A stretch of DNA of 64,000 nt. Origin: Crocinitomicaceae bacterium. Lineage in GTDB: Bacteria > Bacteroidota > Bacteroidia > Flavobacteriales_D > Crocinitomicaceae. The DNA is taken from positions 6,015 to 70,014 of the forward strand of contig QKAV01000064.1 in assembly GCA_003247185.1 (NCBI GenBank). The letters are read 5' to 3'. Positions 1 to 10,563 of this stretch are shown here, piece by piece; position 1 is the first letter of the stretch, and the number at the start of each line of letters is the position of its first letter. The position numbers were made by a program, and so were the translations under genes. The notes beneath the pieces were generated by a model. It did not search any database. It was given only the letters and a program-made list of their open reading frames with translations, and was not told the origin of the DNA.

Positions 1-2618
1 AGAAATACCTGTTTGAAGGAGAAGATAAAAGCCGGAATGTTTCAGATATTGTCAAGTTTGGGAAAAAGACCTATATCTGCTCAAACGGAGGAGGACTTTT
101 TGTTATTGAAGGGAATGAGTTGCGTTCAATTGATTTGCTTAATCCGGATCATCTGAGAATTCGCCAGGCTTTAGTGGAAGGTGATAAGCTATTACTTGCT
201 ACCAGAGATGGGATATTGGTGAGCACAGATGGTAAAAAATTTGAATTCGATTCCCGTTTTGAGCGATTGAGCTACAGTGGGATTACTCACTATAAAGAGC
301 AAATACTTCTGACGACTTATACGGATGGTTTTTTTCGGTACAATGCTTTTAACAATGAATTAGGGCACACGCCTTATGAAAGTTTTGGAAGAAGTCTCTA
401 TGGTGCGTACGTTGATAAAACAGGTAAAGTGTGGTTTGCAACCCAACAGGGAATGATTTTTATGGAGAACGGAAAAGCTCCAATCGTAATCGACGCCAGT
501 AATGGGCTCCCTGTTGAAATGATCAGCTGCTATTTTCAGGATAAGGACGGTACGATCTGGTTCGGTTCCCAGGGTAAAGGATTCTTCCGTTTTGCCGGTA
601 AATTATTCGTTTATTATGACCGAGAGAACGGATGGCTATCTGATCTCTTTTTATGTGGTTTCCAGAAACAGAATGGAGAGATCTTGTTGGGATCTTTTGA
701 CAATGGTGTGATTAAGCGCTCTGCGGCTGGGAATATGTCCAAACTGGACATAGATGAAACGACTATTTGGTCAACTGTAAGCGGTGTTGATGAAAAAGAT
801 TGGTTTGGCGCACAATCCGGGCTGATAGGCGTTGATGCGCGCGGTAAAATAACTCAGTTTACCGATGCAGATGGTTTACCGGGGAACAAGATCGCAGCCT
901 TGTATAAAATAGATGCTTCAAATATGTTGATCGGAGGGAATGACGGAGCTGCGCTTTATTCCGGAGGAAAATTACAGAAGTACAATGTGCGGGAAGATGA
1001 TTTTATTGGTACGGTAAGAGATTTTTGCATCATTAAGGATTCGGTTTATTGTGTTTCCAACCTTGGATTATTTGTGCTTCGGGACAAAAAATTTCAACCC
1101 TTGCTGAATGATCGGGTTGTAGGCTACAATGTGGAGTCTGATCAATACAATGCTGTCTGGTTCGGAACAGAGGAAGGTTTGTACCGAATGGGTAAAGACG
1201 GAATCGACAAGATTTTACTGCTGGAAGATGTGGGATCGAATATGATCAATTTTCTGAACTACAGATCAGGAAAAATGTATGTAGGGACGAACAACGGACT
1301 TTACATATTAAGTGACTTATCGTCGAAAGCACCTACGTTTGTACGTTATGGTATCTCTGAAGGGATAGTCGATCTCGAAACAAATCTGAATTCCAGTTTT
1401 TTTGATCTCAAGGGTAATTTTTGGTTTGGAACCGCAAAGGGATTGATCAAGTTTAATGTGAATCAGGAAAAGGAAAACATTTCGTCTCCTTTTATTCGCC
1501 TTTCGAATCTTATGATCAATTACAGTGATACGAACTATCATGCTTATACGGAGTCCTTTGATTTGTTCAATTTGCCGAAACAGTTGACGCTACCTTACAA
1601 TAAAAACAATCTGATCTTTGAATTTGATGCCGTAAGTCTCGGGAACAGGAGAGGAATGAGATTTCAGTACTTTTTACAGGGACTCAGTGAAGAATGGTCG
1701 CCGTTAAGTGAGGTCTCTACAATCACATTTACCAGTGTGCCGGCAGGTGATTATGTCTTGTTGGTCAGGGCAGTTGATGTAGATGGGAACCTATCCAATA
1801 CCTTGTCCATCCCCTTAACTATAAACCCTGCCTTTTATAAAACCTGGTGGTTTATCGCGTTAATGATTGTGATCATCTTTTTGATTGTACTGCTCTTCTT
1901 CAGAATGCGCATCAGAAGACTAAGAGATATCAATGAAAAGGAAAAGCTACAATATAAAACCCGCCTGCTCGATCTCGAACAAAAATCGGTTAATGCGAGT
2001 ATGAACAGGCATTTCATTTTCAATGCGCTCAACTCAATCCAATATTTCATCAATACGCAGGATAAGCGATCTGCAAACAGGTACCTGACCAATTTCGCCC
2101 AATTGATTCGTAAAAACCTCGATTCTGCCAATGCGGATCAGAATATGATTACACTGGAAGAAGAACTCGATCGGATCAAGTTGTATTTATCTCTGGAAGA
2201 AATGAGATTTATGGGAAAATTTGTTTCGGAGATTACAGTGCACGATGTTGATGTGGAGTCAGTTATGATCCCTGCAATGATTTTGCAGCCATTTGTGGAA
2301 AATGCGATTATACATGGGATATTGCCTTTGGACAGTACAGATGGTAAAATCGCGATTGATGTTTCCAGGGTTGACGGACACGTTGAAATCAGGATAGAAG
2401 ACAATGGTATCGGGATTCAGAGATCATTGATGAGTAAGGTTGATATGGATGGCGACCACCGATCACAGGGAATGGAAATATCTGCCAAACGGGTTGAGAT
2501 TCTGAGAGCAATAACAAAGCAGGACATCAGTCTTGAGGGTCCATCTGAAATGAAAAATCCTGACGGTTCAATCAAAGGAACATACGTTTTACTCAAAATT
2601 CCGGATACAATTTTGTAA
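1..2618 (+). CDS. Sensor histidine kinase (beta-propeller repeats + Y_Y_Y domain + TM + LytS/YehU-type His_kinase + HATPase_c); 5' end runs off the window
   Basis: The frame of ORF 120..2618 stays open back to base 3, so the TTG at 120 is not the real start. There are repeated WFGT/GL..F propeller-like units and a Y_Y_Y-like segment (MRFQYFLQGLSEEWSP). One TM helix is present (WWFIALMIVIIFLIVLLFF). FIFNALNSIQYFI is a PF06580-type motif. PFVENAIIHG...IRIEDNGIGI is the ATPase. Confidence 0.85.
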   Translation, partial: KYLFEGEDKSRNVSDIVKFGKKTYICSNGGGLFVIEGNELRSIDLLNPDHLRIRQALVEGDKLLLATRDGILVSTDGKKFEFDSRFERLSYSGITHYKEQILLTTYTDGFFRYNAFNNELGHTPYESFGRSLYGAYVDKTGKVWFATQQGMIFMENGKAPIVIDASNGLPVEMISCYFQDKDGTIWFGSQGKGFFRFAGKLFVYYDRENGWLSDLFLCGFQKQNGEILLGSFDNGVIKRSAAGNMSKLDIDETTIWSTVSGVDEKDWFGAQSGLIGVDARGKITQFTDADGLPGNKIAALYKIDASNMLIGGNDGAALYSGGKLQKYNVREDDFIGTVRDFCIIKDSVYCVSNLGLFVLRDKKFQPLLNDRVVGYNVESDQYNAVWFGTEEGLYRMGKDGIDKILLLEDVGSNMINFLNYRSGKMYVGTNNGLYILSDLSSKAPTFVRYGISEGIVDLETNLNSSFFDLKGNFWFGTAKGLIKFNVNQEKENISSPFIRLSNLMINYSDTNYHAYTESFDLFNLPKQLTLPYNKNNLIFEFDAVSLGNRRGMRFQYFLQGLSEEWSPLSEVSTITFTSVPAGDYVLLVRAVDVDGNLSNTLSIPLTINPAFYKTWWFIALMIVIIFLIVLLFFRMRIRRLRDINEKEKLQYKTRLLDLEQKSVNASMNRHFIFNALNSIQYFINTQDKRSANRYLTNFAQLIRKNLDSANADQNMITLEEELDRIKLYLSLEEMRFMGKFVSEITVHDVDVESVMIPAMILQPFVENAIIHGILPLDSTDGKIAIDVSRVDGHVEIRIEDNGIGIQRSLMSKVDMDGDHRSQGMEISAKRVEILRAITKQDISLEGPSEMKNPDGSIKGTYVLLKIPDTIL

Positions 2619-2646
2619 ATATCTAGAAAACACATATATTAGTGGT

Positions 2647-2901
2647 ATGAAATTCAGAAGTGTCTATATTTTAATTGCATTTGCAGGTTTGTTCCTCTTC
2701 TCATGTCAGAAGCAGGATTTCTCACCTGTAATGGACGATACAGCTGTGCCAGTATGGCAAGACGATGCTTCCAGTTCCCGTGTTGTTGATGTTTCGGAAC
2801 CAACAATCGGGGAAGGAAATCCGGATGACCCTAACGGTGGAATAACCGATCCAAATAGTGATCCTGATGGTGATAAACCGTCAAAGACACGTAGAAATTA
2901 A
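2647..2901 (+). CDS. Small secreted lipoprotein-like protein (84 aa, Asp/Pro-rich)
   Basis: Signal peptide with a lipobox-like FLFSC. It is followed directly by a terminator hairpin. No family recognised. Confidence 0.55.
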   Translation: MKFRSVYILIAFAGLFLFSCQKQDFSPVMDDTAVPVWQDDASSSRVVDVSEPTIGEGNPDDPNGGITDPNSDPDGDKPSKTRRN

Positions 2902-4590
2902 TTGAAAGGATCCGTAAGGGTCCTTTTTTATTTTCATTCAATCAATAATCAGTACAGTTTACATTTTATTTCAGATCCGTGTTCTGATCCTCTTTATATT
3001 AGGTATCAGAACAATAAGATTTTAATCCTGGCTTCAAAAGTAAATAACGCACTGTATGATCTGATTCAGAGTTTATCCAAATCAGAGAAACGATACTTTA
3101 AAGTATTGTCGTCGCGTCATACGATTGGAGAAGAAAATACTTATGTACGCCTGTTCGATTATATTGATCAAATGTCTCATTACGATGAAGATCAATTGTT
3201 CCGGGATTTCAATGGAGAAGCATTTTTAAATCGTTTTTCGATTACCAAAAAACGACTTTATGATAATATCTTGAATGCCTTGGATGCTTATTATTCGGAT
3301 CAATCGGAAAATGCGCAATTGTTTAAGATGCTGCATGCTTCTGAGATTTTATTTAACAAGTCACTTTACGATCAGGCAAGAAGACAATTGATAAGTGCAG
3401 AAAAGCTTGCCAAGAAATCCAGCAATGAATTTTTACTGGTTCTAATCAATGAACAAAAGAAAAGACTGATAGAAACAGTTGGTTATGCAACTACGGAGCT
3501 GAGTGAAATAGAGGAGATTGTGAAAACTACGGATGAGGTACTGAGCCAGGTTGCGTTTTACAATAAACTCTGGAACGTAAAAAGTGAACTATTCAAACGT
3601 TTGTTAACGAAGGGGCTGGCCAGAAGCAAACAAGACATAGAAGCTTACGAGGCAATTTGCAGTCCTGTTTTTGACGAATTCAAGATTCAGTCACTTAATA
3701 ACAATGTTGTTTACCTGATCAATCATATCAGAAGCATATATCATTATGCACTTGGAGAGCTGGATCAATCCCTATACTATCTGAGGAAGAACATTGAGTT
3801 TTATACTTCAAATACGGAGTTTCAAAAAAGAGAGCCAGAGAAGTATATCAGTGTTTTAACAAACGCGGTTTATATTGCCGATCGTTTGGGGAAACACACG
3901 GAAGCATTGAAATTATTAGGCGCATTGAAGCGGGTGGCACTGGAGCAGGAATTGAATGAAAATTTAAGGATCAAAGTATTTAGTACGTATCAAAGTATTC
4001 AATTGAGCCTTGAATTAAGAATGGGGAATTTGATTGGTGCTGAGAAACTTATTCCGGAAATCGAGAATGGATTTTCAGAGTTCGGAGACAAGATTAATCC
4101 TACCCGAAAGGCATTTTTAGCATACAAAGTGGCTGTAATTCATCTGACGGCGGGGAAGTATTCCGAATCAATGAAATGGCTGAATAAAATATTTAATGAG
4201 TTATCACTGGACTCAAATGAGGATATAATTGCTTATGCACATCTGCTTGAACTCATAATATATATTGAACAGGGGAAGGAGGAGCTGTTAAAGTACAAGC
4301 TGAAGAACACCGAGCGCTATTTTAAAAAGCGGCAAAGGTTGTACACCACGGAAAAAATCATGATTGATTTTATTCAATCCTGGTCGAAATCAGAGGATCA
4401 TTTCGATCGCATAGATCTGATAGACAAACTGAGTAGTTCACTTAAAGAAATAGATATAAATAATCCAAGAGAATCACTTGTTATGGATTATTTTGATCTG
4501 ATCTCCTGGTGTGAATCAAAGAAAAACGGCCGATTATTATCCGACTGCATCAGAGAACGATACAATGCGCATGTCAGAAACGCATCATGA
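2902..4590 (+). CDS. Hypothetical all-helical (TPR-like) protein; true start uncertain
   Basis: Long ORF with helical-repeat character. The TTG at 2902 lies inside the upstream terminator and is unlikely to be the start. The next in-frame canonical starts are TTG 3106 and ATG 3172, yet the frame is open upstream of both. Confidence 0.6.
   Translation: MKGSVRVLFYFHSINNQYSLHFISDPCSDPLYIRYQNNKILILASKVNNALYDLIQSLSKSEKRYFKVLSSRHTIGEENTYVRLFDYIDQMSHYDEDQLFRDFNGEAFLNRFSITKKRLYDNILNALDAYYSDQSENAQLFKMLHASEILFNKSLYDQARRQLISAEKLAKKSSNEFLLVLINEQKKRLIETVGYATTELSEIEEIVKTTDEVLSQVAFYNKLWNVKSELFKRLLTKGLARSKQDIEAYEAICSPVFDEFKIQSLNNNVVYLINHIRSIYHYALGELDQSLYYLRKNIEFYTSNTEFQKREPEKYISVLTNAVYIADRLGKHTEALKLLGALKRVALEQELNENLRIKVFSTYQSIQLSLELRMGNLIGAEKLIPEIENGFSEFGDKINPTRKAFLAYKVAVIHLTAGKYSESMKWLNKIFNELSLDSNEDIIAYAHLLELIIYIEQGKEELLKYKLKNTERYFKKRQRLYTTEKIMIDFIQSWSKSEDHFDRIDLIDKLSSSLKEIDINNPRESLVMDYFDLISWCESKKNGRLLSDCIRERYNAHVRNAS
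2905..2934 (+). terminator. Rho-independent terminator after the small lipoprotein gene
   Basis: aaaggatcc-gtaa-gggtccttt stem (one G-U pair) followed by a T-run (ttttttatttt). Confidence 0.6.
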
Positions 4591-5622
4591 GTCGAAATGA
4601 TTCCAGCCCTGAGCCTGTAACTCTACAGCGGCACCATTTTTATCTACATAATAAATCCCGTCAGACTCGTGTGTAATATGTCCGATAACTGTCATGTGCG
4701 GATTCCCTTTTATCTTATCAAAATCCTTTTGGTCAATTGTAAAAAGTAATTCATAGTCCTCTCCACCATTTAGTGCACAGGTATTCGGATCAAGATTAAA
4801 GTCGATGGCAGTCATGGATGTAGCTCCGTCGATGGGAAGTTTTTCATCATAAACGTGACATCCGACCTTGCTGTTTTTGCACAGATGCATTACTTCGGAT
4901 GCCAGTCCATCGGAAATATCGATCATAGAAGTAGGAACAACCTCCAGTTCCTTTAAGTAGCCGATTACATCTACTCGTGCTTCGGGCTTTAATTGTCTTT
5001 GGATGATGTAGTCATGACCATCGAGATCAGGTTGAATGGAAGGGTTTTCTTCAAAGATTAAACGTTCTCTTTCCAGTACCTGTAAGCCCATGTATGCTCC
5101 TCCAAGATCTCCTGTAACAACCAAAAGGTCATTTTCTTTAGCTCCGGAACGTTTGACTACCTTATCTTTTGCAACTTGACCGATCGCTGTAATTGAGATG
5201 ATTAATCCGGAACTGGAAGAGGTTGTATCTCCTCCCACCAAATCCACATTATAGTGCTCGCACGCAGCTTTTATTCCTGCATAAAGTTCTTCCAGGGCCT
5301 CAACACTGAATCTGTTGGAGACAGCTATTGAAACGACGACTTGTTCTGCCTTTCCGTTCATTGCGCAAATGTCTGAAACATTTACAGCTACTGATTTGTA
5401 ACCCAGATGTTTGAGAGGCATGTACATCAGATTAAAATGAACCCCTTCAACCAACATGTCTGTGGAGATGAGTGAGTAAGTGTTTTCGTCTCGTTCAATT
5501 ATCGCTGCATCATCCCCAACACCAAGCAAACTGGATGGATTTGTAATCCGAAATTGATCTGTGAGATGTTCAATTAATTTGAATTCCCCAAATGTTCCAA
5601 GTTCAGTCCTTTTATCACTCAT
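4585..5622 (-). CDS. thiL: Thiamine-monophosphate kinase
   Basis: AIR-synthase-related fold motifs: GEFKLIEHL, GDDAAII, LVEGVHF, AVNVSDICAMNG, VGGDTTSS. Start placed at MSDKRTELGTFGEF (ATG 5620-5622), not the upstream ORF-track start. Confidence 0.85.
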   Translation of the reverse strand: MSDKRTELGTFGEFKLIEHLTDQFRITNPSSLLGVGDDAAIIERDENTYSLISTDMLVEGVHFNLMYMPLKHLGYKSVAVNVSDICAMNGKAEQVVVSIAVSNRFSVEALEELYAGIKAACEHYNVDLVGGDTTSSSSGLIISITAIGQVAKDKVVKRSGAKENDLLVVTGDLGGAYMGLQVLERERLIFEENPSIQPDLDGHDYIIQRQLKPEARVDVIGYLKELEVVPTSMIDISDGLASEVMHLCKNSKVGCHVYDEKLPIDGATSMTAIDFNLDPNTCALNGGEDYELLFTIDQKDFDKIKGNPHMTVIGHITHESDGIYYVDKNGAAVELQAQGWNHFDS

Positions 5623-5696
5623 CTTTTTTTCTGCAAATTTAGTTATAAGTTCCCTGAGAGTGAAATAACCCAAAATTCCTCTACTAAATCGAATAA

Positions 5697-7334
5697 GTGT
5701 TCCCCCCTCAATTTGTTTTAATTGTTCGTTACGGCAAGATTAAAAGTGGGATATTGGCGACGAAAACTGCTGTGAGAGAGTACTTAACATATTTTTTAGC
5801 CATTTTAAGTGGGATAATTATTGCCATAAGCATGCCTCCGTTCGGGTGGTTTCCACTTGTCTTCATAGCATTTGTTCCTTTACTGTTTTCCTTGCATCAA
5901 ATTCAGGTATTCAAACGGTTTGTCGGATTGAAAACAATGCTACTCGTGTTTCTTACATTTTTAAGCTGGCAGTTAATAGGAGCATTCTGGTTATTTGACA
6001 ATTACAAGGGGGCTTATTTTACAATTAGTATCCTCAATAGCTTCAGTTATTCCTTTTTGTTTCTTTTCTATCCAAAGGTGCATGCACGAAGAAATAGTCT
6101 GTTGACAAATTTGTTTGTTGTAGCAGTACTAATGGTTGGTGAATGGATAACTCAGGTAGGAGGTATAACGTCTCCAAATGTTAGTTTGGGTTTGATTTTG
6201 GGTCAGGCACCCGGATTTATTCAACATTACAGATGGATCGGGATCGAAGGCGGAACAATTTGGATTTTACTGACAAATGTATTTGTCTATCAGATATTAA
6301 GTAAAAAACCTGAAGTAAGGTACCATTTAAGGTATGGATTGTTGATCACAGTGTTGTTTCTGCTCCCTGTGTTTGCCCTCTTTGGACATGAAGCAAATCA
6401 AAGAAATAGTGTTCTTAAAGTAGGTGTATTGAACGCTAATATTGATCATTATTCGGATTTTGCTATTCGCAACCCTGATCTTATGGCTGATTCGCTTATG
6501 AATTTGTCGGCCGAATGTCTTGCATCGAAAACAGATATTATTGTCTGGCCGGAAGTAATCATAAATCCTGCCGGGTGGTTAAATCAACTTGACAATGAGC
6601 AGGCAATTCAGACGATTAAAGAAAAACTACCTGCGTTTTCGGATACCAAGGTTTTGCTGGGAGCGATTGCTTTTTCTATTGCGAATTCATCGGACAGGGA
6701 ATCAAAGTATACAACCCGAGATGTCCAGAATGACCTTTATTACAGGACACATAATGTTGCGTTGTGTATCAGCAAAGATGCGCACGCTAAGTTCAGATCC
6801 AAAGAGCGGTTTATTCCATTTCAGGAGAGAATTCCTTTTCTGAACAATCTTCCCTTCTTGGATGACTGGTACGGTACGCACAGTATGACTTCCAGGTTCA
6901 CTCATTATGAAGGAAATAATCAGGAAACGTTTCAAGTAAAAGATGCGAGAGTCAGCTCCATCCTGTGTTATGAGAGTTTGTTTTCCGGATTTATGATGAG
7001 CCTGCTTGATTGTGACGCAATTGTCATTCATGCAAGTGAAGGGTGGATGAAAAGTAAATCAGGTAAAGAACAATATCTATCGGAACTGTACCCGCTAGCA
7101 ATAGAAACAGGAAAGCCGATCATCCGGAGTTCAAATAATGGTATTTCATGCATTATAGATGAAAAGGGAAAGACACTGGCGATTGCTGAAGGAGAAACGA
7201 AATGTTTGATTCAGGAAATAAAAATCGGGTCAGGTAATACCTTTTATGCATCTATTGCGGGCTCTTTTCACACCATATCGATAGTATATGTTCTGGGGAT
7301 ATTAACAATAGGAACAATTTTCAAAAACAAGTAA
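5697..7334 (+). CDS. lnt: Apolipoprotein N-acyltransferase
   Basis: Multi-TM N-terminus (SMPPFGWFPLVFIAFVPLL). C-terminal CN-hydrolase motifs are IIVWPE, ERFIPFQERIPF and ILCYESLF. The exact start is uncertain. Confidence 0.8.
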   Translation: MFPPQFVLIVRYGKIKSGILATKTAVREYLTYFLAILSGIIIAISMPPFGWFPLVFIAFVPLLFSLHQIQVFKRFVGLKTMLLVFLTFLSWQLIGAFWLFDNYKGAYFTISILNSFSYSFLFLFYPKVHARRNSLLTNLFVVAVLMVGEWITQVGGITSPNVSLGLILGQAPGFIQHYRWIGIEGGTIWILLTNVFVYQILSKKPEVRYHLRYGLLITVLFLLPVFALFGHEANQRNSVLKVGVLNANIDHYSDFAIRNPDLMADSLMNLSAECLASKTDIIVWPEVIINPAGWLNQLDNEQAIQTIKEKLPAFSDTKVLLGAIAFSIANSSDRESKYTTRDVQNDLYYRTHNVALCISKDAHAKFRSKERFIPFQERIPFLNNLPFLDDWYGTHSMTSRFTHYEGNNQETFQVKDARVSSILCYESLFSGFMMSLLDCDAIVIHASEGWMKSKSGKEQYLSELYPLAIETGKPIIRSSNNGISCIIDEKGKTLAIAEGETKCLIQEIKIGSGNTFYASIAGSFHTISIVYVLGILTIGTIFKNK

Positions 7335-7336
7335 TT

Positions 7337-7744
7337 ATGATATTAAAAACAACAATTTCAATTCTATTTGCGCTCTTTTTAATGGAGGCAAATGCTCAGT
7401 CAGCAGAAGAGCTGCTGACTCCCAGAGAGATGGATTTATCACTCGTAACACTGAATGGGAGTTATTCCTTTAACATAGACGGTTTTGACAGAATCGTAAA
7501 CCTGGATTCAGAAAATGGAACATACGAGGAAATGGATCTGTCTCAGAACATTATAGGATCCGGAACGGTGGCATTTTTTGGAAATGAATACTACATTCTG
7601 ACACCAACTTCGACTGTTGCCTCAGCTCTTCTCCAGGAAGCGACCCGGGTGAAAGTGATGGAAAACTACGGCGAAGAGATTAAGATCGAGTTTCGCAATC
7701 CGAATCAAAAAGTAGGAAGGTTAATCAATATTCAAAAAATATAA
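7337..7744 (+). CDS. Hypothetical secreted protein (135 aa)
   Basis: Signal peptide ending ANAQ. Tightly packed between lnt and the next ORF. No family recognised. Confidence 0.5.
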   Translation: MILKTTISILFALFLMEANAQSAEELLTPREMDLSLVTLNGSYSFNIDGFDRIVNLDSENGTYEEMDLSQNIIGSGTVAFFGNEYYILTPTSTVASALLQEATRVKVMENYGEEIKIEFRNPNQKVGRLINIQKI

Positions 7745-7746
7745 CA

Positions 7747-9384
7747 ATGAAAAGGATACTTACAATTATTATTCTGTTGACTACATATACCTCCCTTGCA
7801 GGAGGAGGAGGATGTAGCTCATTTATGAATGTCGTCCCCGTATCTCATCCGAATGGGTGTAATGCGATTGAATTACGAAATTTAGATGCCGACGCAGGAT
7901 CAAATATGACATGGACCTTTAGTCCGGCTGCAATAAATGCGGCAACCGGGACTTCTGTAACCTCTATGGTAGTTAATTCCTCCACATTGGGAGTACCTCC
8001 GGTTTGGCCTGTTGTATACTGGCCGGCAGCATCAGTCCCGTCAAGTGGGACATTAACAATCGGATACGATGGTTGTACGCAGGATTTCAATACATGTGAT
8101 TGTAATCCCTTTGCTGCAGGAGATTTTTACGATGCTCCATTAATCTGTAATACATCACATTATTGTGGAAATACTGCAGCAGCTTACATTGAAGATTTTT
8201 TACAGAATGGAACACCCGCAGGAGGTTTAGGAGCTAATGGTGATGGTTGTACTTTTTGCGGGTCATATACGACCGACCATCAGGGGTCAATTGAAAATAA
8301 TTCCTGGCTGAAGTTCATAGCAGATGCAACAACTGTGGATTTTAATATCAATGTGTTTGGAGGATGCTACATACAGTTTGCCGTATATGCTTATAACCCT
8401 GCTGCACCATTAGGCTCAAACGGAGTTTTAACATTAATGACTCCAATAGAGTGGACCAATGTAGATACAGGATTTACAGGTGCCAACACAATAACAGCAA
8501 GTGGATTGGTTCCGGGGAATGAATATTACCTGCATTTTGATGGGCATGGCGGTGCAGACTGCGATTATGAGATCGGATTTTCCGGTGGAATCGTGACAAG
8601 TAATCTGACCGCATCGGATAATCTTGTTTGTTCGGGTGATGCAGTTACGCTGACCGCAACACCGCAAGACCCTGCGGCATCATACACGTGGACAGATAAT
8701 TTTGGAAATACCTATTCCGGTTCGGATCAAATTACAGTAAATCCATCGGTAGCAACAACCTATTCCGTTCAGATTGATCTGCCGGGTTGTCAACCAAATC
8801 CGGAACAGGTTTTAGTTGATATTGAACCTTGTCCTCTACCATCTGAGGTAGTTGGTTTTTCAGTAAGTTGTGATGAGGGGAAAAATCAATTAAAGTGGGA
8901 GACTGCAACAGAGTACAATGTCGATCGCTTTGAAATTTGGAGGTCTTCCGATCTTGAAGTATTTGAAATTGTAGGTTCGGTAACTGCGGCCGGGAATTCG
9001 TTAGACAAACAAGAGTATAGTTTTACGGATTATGCACCCGGAAGAGCGACGGAATATTACAAATTGGTGTCAGTTGATTTTGATGGAGAAACAGATGAAA
9101 CCGGGTATATTTCCACTGAAAAGTGTTATTCGGATACAGATTGGATGAGAACGTATTATGACCAAAGTAAAGGAAAGATTGTTCTTGAATCATTTGTTTC
9201 AACTCCGCAGCAATTAGCAGTAAGTCTCACTACCCTGAACGGTTCTGAGGTAAAAAGTGCAGCACCGTATGCTCAATCAGGACTAAATATTTTTGTGTAT
9301 GATGTGGATGATTATTCGGGGTTGTTACTCATTAACGTCAGTTCGGAGAGTGACTTGTACATGAACAAACATCTTGTAAAGTAA
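7747..9384 (+). CDS. Secreted Cys-rich protein with Ig/FN3-like module and probable T9SS type-A C-terminal sorting domain
   Basis: Signal peptide. The module VVGFSVSCDEGKNQLKWETATEYNVDRFEIWRS is shared with ORF 37235..38584. There is a beta-rich ~80-aa C-terminal tail ending in K. Confidence 0.6.
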   Translation: MKRILTIIILLTTYTSLAGGGGCSSFMNVVPVSHPNGCNAIELRNLDADAGSNMTWTFSPAAINAATGTSVTSMVVNSSTLGVPPVWPVVYWPAASVPSSGTLTIGYDGCTQDFNTCDCNPFAAGDFYDAPLICNTSHYCGNTAAAYIEDFLQNGTPAGGLGANGDGCTFCGSYTTDHQGSIENNSWLKFIADATTVDFNINVFGGCYIQFAVYAYNPAAPLGSNGVLTLMTPIEWTNVDTGFTGANTITASGLVPGNEYYLHFDGHGGADCDYEIGFSGGIVTSNLTASDNLVCSGDAVTLTATPQDPAASYTWTDNFGNTYSGSDQITVNPSVATTYSVQIDLPGCQPNPEQVLVDIEPCPLPSEVVGFSVSCDEGKNQLKWETATEYNVDRFEIWRSSDLEVFEIVGSVTAAGNSLDKQEYSFTDYAPGRATEYYKLVSVDFDGETDETGYISTEKCYSDTDWMRTYYDQSKGKIVLESFVSTPQQLAVSLTTLNGSEVKSAAPYAQSGLNIFVYDVDDYSGLLLINVSSESDLYMNKHLVK

Positions 9385-9405
9385 AAAAGATAAGTTAACA
9401 TAAAA

Positions 9406-9432
9406 GGAGCCGCCTTCGGGGGGCTTTTTTTT
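9406..9432 (+). terminator. Rho-independent terminator
   Basis: ggagccgcc-ttcg-gggggctt hairpin followed by T8. Confidence 0.7.
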
Positions 9433-9587
9433 ATGTTAAATACTTAGAAATCATTTTTTTTAATCGCTAATTAGATTATTCTTCTTGATTACCTTTCTCG
9501 TTGGAAAAGGAGATTGCTGTTATTCAAAAAATGAGTGGATTCAAGTAGGATAACACTTTTTTAAAATTTCTTTATCACCTTTGCAGG

Positions 9588-10442
9588 GTGATACGGTATT
9601 TGAAAAAGGCAAGCCCTTTATTGTATTCAGGAAAGGCGCGGTTGTTTATTGCAATTGCGATAGGTCTTTTTGTGTTCATTTTTCTTTTGGTGTTCCGGCC
9701 ATTCCCAATGTCATGGGATTTTGCATATTCAGATTTAATGATGTCGCTCGGGTATGGTGCGATTACAGTTTTGCTAAACATTGTCTACATGTTCGGGTGG
9801 TATAACATTCTGACAACCAAATACGGACATAAATGGACGGTAGGGAAAGAATTACTGAGCACATTGGTTCATATTACATTTATTGGAATGGCTAACGGGA
9901 TATTTTCTTTCATGGCGATGAAAGGTGATCCGGATCTTTCAATATACAATGTCATGGGATTCTATATCCTGTTTACGCTGGCTGTAGGTTTTATTCCGGT
10001 TTCATTCCTGCTGGTATTTTCTGAGCTGGAACTGAGCAATCGGCATTCTAAACAATCCAGAGATTTGTTACAAAAGAAAGCAGTTAAAAATCCATCGGTA
10101 ACAGTTGAAATTACCTGTGATAGAGGGGAGGATACATTTTTAGTAGACAGCCAGTATTTCAGGTATGCGCGGGCGGCGGGTAATTATGTCGAAATTTTTT
10201 CAATGAGCGGAAGTCTTCAGAAAAAACTGTACAGAATAACGCTGTCTAATCTGGAGGGAATCCTTATTGAAAGTGGTTTGAATGTAATGCGTACTCATCG
10301 TGGCTTTGTTGTAAATCTGGATCATGTTATTGATGTGGAAGGTAATGCTCAGGGCTATAGTTTGGTTTTGACGGATATTGATGAAAAATTACCGGTCGCA
10401 CGTAACCGAATTGCTGATTTCACCCTGGTGATGAACGGATAA
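9588..10442 (+). CDS. Membrane-fused LytTR-domain DNA-binding protein (no receiver domain)
   Basis: About 150 aa of hydrophobic helices. The C-terminal LytTR-type domain follows (FRYARAAGNYVEIF...RTHRGFVVNLDHV...LPVARNR). GTG start. Confidence 0.75.
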   Translation: MIRYLKKASPLLYSGKARLFIAIAIGLFVFIFLLVFRPFPMSWDFAYSDLMMSLGYGAITVLLNIVYMFGWYNILTTKYGHKWTVGKELLSTLVHITFIGMANGIFSFMAMKGDPDLSIYNVMGFYILFTLAVGFIPVSFLLVFSELELSNRHSKQSRDLLQKKAVKNPSVTVEITCDRGEDTFLVDSQYFRYARAAGNYVEIFSMSGSLQKKLYRITLSNLEGILIESGLNVMRTHRGFVVNLDHVIDVEGNAQGYSLVLTDIDEKLPVARNRIADFTLVMNG

Positions 10443-10563
10443 ATACCTTGTTATTTATCCCCAAACATGTTCCTGGTCACCATATAATGTTTCTGATCAC
10501 TTTTATTTATTCCGCTTATATTAAAGAAATAAGTTTGGTCTGTAAACTTAAACTTTTGACCAA

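Noticed and set aside
2902-2904. TTG at 2902 as the start of the 562-aa ORF.
   Set aside because: It is the base after the upstream stop codon and sits inside the terminator hairpin at 2905-2934, so the real start must be downstream. I could not fix it (TTG 3106 or ATG 3172 are the canonical options).
9575-9805. ORFs 9575..9781 (-) and 9581..9805 (+) overlapping the start of the LytTR gene.
   Set aside because: These are alternative frames of the same hydrophobic-helix coding region. The 284-aa frame continues into a recognisable LytTR domain.
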